Below, piece after piece: positions 61,286 through 64,000 of a DNA stretch of 64,000 bases. The DNA is from Brasilonema angustatum HA4187-MV1. GTDB lineage: Bacteria > Cyanobacteriota > Cyanobacteriia > Cyanobacteriales > Nostocaceae. The notes beneath the pieces are model-generated. The model was not told the DNA's origin. It saw nothing but the letters and a program-made list of their open reading frames with translations, and searched no databases. The translations under genes and the position numbers were made by a program. Position 1 is the first letter of the stretch. Every line of letters begins with the position of its first letter. The DNA lies in NCBI GenBank assembly GCA_019359695.1, contig JAHHGV010000004.1, positions 98,031 through 162,030 on the forward strand. The letters run 5' to 3'.

Positions 61286-63341
61286 GCTTTGCCTCCTTTT
61301 GGAATTTTTCCCATAATTTCTTCAGACGAATATCGTCGATAGGAGGCAGAGTTCGTTTGTGATTATCCAACAAGATTTTTTTCCAAGAAAACAATTTTTT
61401 CTTATCCTTACAAATTAATACCTTAAGTTCTGATTCTTGTAAGCTTGTACCACAAAATATCGCTCTATCAAAAAAACTTCCTTTGGCAATAGCCCAAACA
61501 GGATACCAATCAATAGGTAGTGATTCTTCTGGATAAATTGCAACTTGCCCCGGTTCTTTACCCACAAAAATAATGCGTTGGTTTCCTTGGATTGGCAAGA
61601 GAGTATTGAAGTTAAAAGCAGGACAATCAATTCCCTTTACCAATGCTCCAATCACTCCTGGAGAGTTTTCATGTCGATTTGTTGTCACCAAACTAAAACT
61701 GTCAAGATATGGCGTTTTTCTGCTGATTCGGGAAGGAAAATCTTCTACTAAAAATAGAGATAAACGCTTAATAATATCTTTACCCTTGCAGGCTTCAATT
61801 TCAAGCTTGGTGTCGGCTGGAATCTCTGGAGAGAGTTCATAAATACCTTCTCCAGATTTGTCTTGTAACAGCTTGCCATTGCAATATACTTTTACGGATT
61901 CATCACCACCTTGTAAAACTAATTTTGGTGGTGCGAATTTAAAGAAATAATTTCCTCTGTCAAGGCGTACACCACCTTCTAAATCAAGTCTGATGCTAGT
62001 CGAAAAGGACAAGATAGGATATTCGCTTTTTACTATTTCATCACTATGGGCAGCAGCCACTTTAAAAAAGTACCATCCGGTAGGTAAACCTTTGACAGTA
62101 TGCAGTTTCTCAAAGCCTTCACAACTGGATGCACCCCATTTTTCTAACAAACTGCAACACTCTTGCTGCACTGCTAAATAAAAAGGCAAACCTTTAGGAA
62201 TTTGCACTACTTCTACAAGTCCAGGTAACCCCAAACTTCTGCCTTCAACAAACACTCGGATTGGCGAAGCTGGCAATTTAAAACACCATTGTTTGTTAGT
62301 GGATTCCATCCGCAAACCCTGACGCCAATCCAATTGGGAGGCGTCGATATTTTTACCATTTAATTCTTTGCGGATAGGTGAAGACCAACCATTACCCTGT
62401 TCAGTGCAAGAGTAAGAATCGTGATTAGAATTCAAAATCAGACCATCTTCAGGAAATTCATGCTTTGTCGTACAACGTAAGGTGAAGCTGGCACGTTTGG
62501 CAATCAAGTCGAGTTTGCAACATAGTCTTAAGACACCGTAAACCTGAGTTCTTCCTTCAGACGGTATTTCGGTAGTTCCATCCCAGGTGCGTAACTCATT
62601 AACAATCCTTTCGATCAGTGCGTGACGTAGTTCATCGCCTTCGCTGGTTTCTTCCAGTAATCGCAGCGTTCGTCTTCGCAGATAGTTACGTCCGTGTTTG
62701 ACTAACAAAGAAGCTGTATGTCTTTCAGAGGGAAGGGAAATAGGTTCTAAGCCTGCTTCTGCAAAAATAACGGGTAGTGCCTTCAGTTCCCTCTGCGTCA
62801 AAAGAGTTTGGGCGATGGGTATACCGACGTGAACCAACCTGCCAGTAATATTTGCGTTGAAAATGCCCAGTTCACCTGATTTATCGACATTTGCCCATTT
62901 CTCTAAATCTTTCCAGAGTGTTTGCATCTGGTCAAAGTGGGGATATGGTCGGGATGTCGGTTCTTCACCCAGTAATTCCCGCAAGCGCGGATAGTAGGCT
63001 TTAGAAGAAAAATCACCTTCAGTACCTGCTGCCAAAACAAATAAAGCTAAGTAGCCTATATATGGAGGATAACCTTGTCGATGGTATCGCCATTCCGGGT
63101 TTTGCATACTCCCCCAGGCTTTTTTACAGATACCATTTATATTTACTGCATTTTTTACTGTTTGGATAAAGTCTTGGTAGGCAACCCCTTTAGATGCGCC
63201 TAAGGAATTAATAAAATCCTCTGTGACGTAAAGATTAACAGTACGCCCCGCCATTTCTGGGTTGAAGAAATGCTGTGCGATTTTATCGTTCCACTCTGAG
63301 TAATTTATAGTAGTTTTTACAGATAGATTGACGGCTTTCAT
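61272..63341 (-). CDS. Hypothetical protein (689 aa), first gene of the helicase cassette
   Basis: Overlaps the 357-aa gene by 14 nt (translational coupling). No recognisable domain. AT-rich promoter-like region upstream (63342-63420). Confidence 0.6.
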   Translation of the reverse strand: MKAVNLSVKTTINYSEWNDKIAQHFFNPEMAGRTVNLYVTEDFINSLGASKGVAYQDFIQTVKNAVNINGICKKAWGSMQNPEWRYHRQGYPPYIGYLALFVLAAGTEGDFSSKAYYPRLRELLGEEPTSRPYPHFDQMQTLWKDLEKWANVDKSGELGIFNANITGRLVHVGIPIAQTLLTQRELKALPVIFAEAGLEPISLPSERHTASLLVKHGRNYLRRRTLRLLEETSEGDELRHALIERIVNELRTWDGTTEIPSEGRTQVYGVLRLCCKLDLIAKRASFTLRCTTKHEFPEDGLILNSNHDSYSCTEQGNGWSSPIRKELNGKNIDASQLDWRQGLRMESTNKQWCFKLPASPIRVFVEGRSLGLPGLVEVVQIPKGLPFYLAVQQECCSLLEKWGASSCEGFEKLHTVKGLPTGWYFFKVAAAHSDEIVKSEYPILSFSTSIRLDLEGGVRLDRGNYFFKFAPPKLVLQGGDESVKVYCNGKLLQDKSGEGIYELSPEIPADTKLEIEACKGKDIIKRLSLFLVEDFPSRISRKTPYLDSFSLVTTNRHENSPGVIGALVKGIDCPAFNFNTLLPIQGNQRIIFVGKEPGQVAIYPEESLPIDWYPVWAIAKGSFFDRAIFCGTSLQESELKVLICKDKKKLFSWKKILLDNHKRTLPPIDDIRLKKLWEKFQKEAKRVQG

Positions 63342-64000
63342 GTACTTATTATAATCTGTATATTTATTGATATTGCATAAAGTCTACTTTTCATAAGACG
63401 TGAAAAACAGAGTTTAGTTCATAGAAGATTTATGCGCGGATGATTGACGCGAATTTTGAACCTAGTGGTTCGCCACACACGCTATGACGAGGTAATCAAG
63501 GAATGGGGGAGTATGACGGGGTAATGAGGAGATGGCACAGATGCAGTGATGGGAGAGTTTCTCTCTACCTCCCCACTTCTGGATTAATCAAAACGTCACG
63601 GTATAATTTCTGAGATACGAGTGGGACGGCAGTGGTGTATCCCAAATTATGAGTATAAATGCTTACTAAATCGGGGACTTCAGGGTGATTTAGGTGAGCA
63701 ACGTTAAACCTATATCTACTAATCTGTTTGCGGAAGGTTTTGGTTTAGATCTGGGGATCGAGCAGCCAGGTTTCCAAACGGTAAGCGTGGTAGAAATAGA
63801 TTCTGGCGGGACAAATAAGCTGTTGCGCATTAAAAATGCACAACAGCAAGGCAGAAGGCAGAAGGAAAGAGGGTTTCAATGATTGATTAGACTAAAAGAA
63901 TATGCAAATTCAAAGCGCGACAGCTTACCATTGCAACTTTAGTTTGGAGACAAAATTCTTCAAAAGCAATTTCCCGCCTACAGCAATCACATTTAGTTTA

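Noticed and set aside
1-64000. Search for tRNA/rRNA genes and for cas genes anywhere in the window
   Set aside because: No cloverleaf-compatible GC-rich 70-90-nt segments were seen. No rRNA-like conserved stretches. No Cas1/Cas2/Cas3/Cas6/Cas10 motifs in any translated ORF.

Overview
This 64-kb window reads as a cyanobacterial chromosome segment, Nostocales-like. The 8-bp HIP1 palindrome GCGATCGC occurs every 1-2 kb. Heptamer STRR tandem repeats and GC-rich nested-palindrome dispersed repeats are present. Housekeeping and photosynthesis genes are recognisable: petF, psaK, tal, trpF, folE, accA, def, and the aar/ado alkane pair.

Order of content:
- 1-2350: a truncated IS630-type transposase remnant abuts a sugar kinase.
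- 2474-4384: a P1B-4 metal ATPase with a palindromic candidate operator upstream.
- 4631-6259: a GT-C glycosyltransferase.
- 7728-12226: ferredoxin, a SpoIID-domain protein, then sulfiredoxin-Dps and an HTH/GrpE-like protein.
- 12400-14744: a STAS / REC-PP2C partner-switching pair and a DUF1350 protein.
- 15422-17493: an orphan CRISPR array of 29 repeats and 28 spacers, with no cas gene in the window.
- 18632-21823: a 1063-aa membrane protein built of ~95-aa tandem repeats.
- 28790-37097: a tight seven-gene same-strand operon: NfeD-like, flotillin, secreted protein, second flotillin, a sigma-70-like protein, a DUF1822-like protein, and a CHAT protease fused to a periplasmic-binding-protein domain.
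- 37138-39604: an animal-type haem peroxidase gene inserted between ~186-bp direct repeats copied from the 3' end of the CHAT gene.
- 39877-53676: an M50 protease, psaK, trpF, folE, accA-aar-ado, a ChaC-family gene, an XPB-Bax1 helicase/nuclease pair and def.
- 54521-63341: a three-gene minus-strand cassette ending in a 1894-aa YprA/DUF1998-type (DruE/DrmA-like) helicase, preceded by two proteins of 689 and 357 aa with no domain I can recognise.

The helicase cassette and the flotillin-sigma-DUF1822-CHAT operon are the two best candidates for undescribed systems. Every call rests on reading the supplied translations and the sequence by eye. No database search was run.
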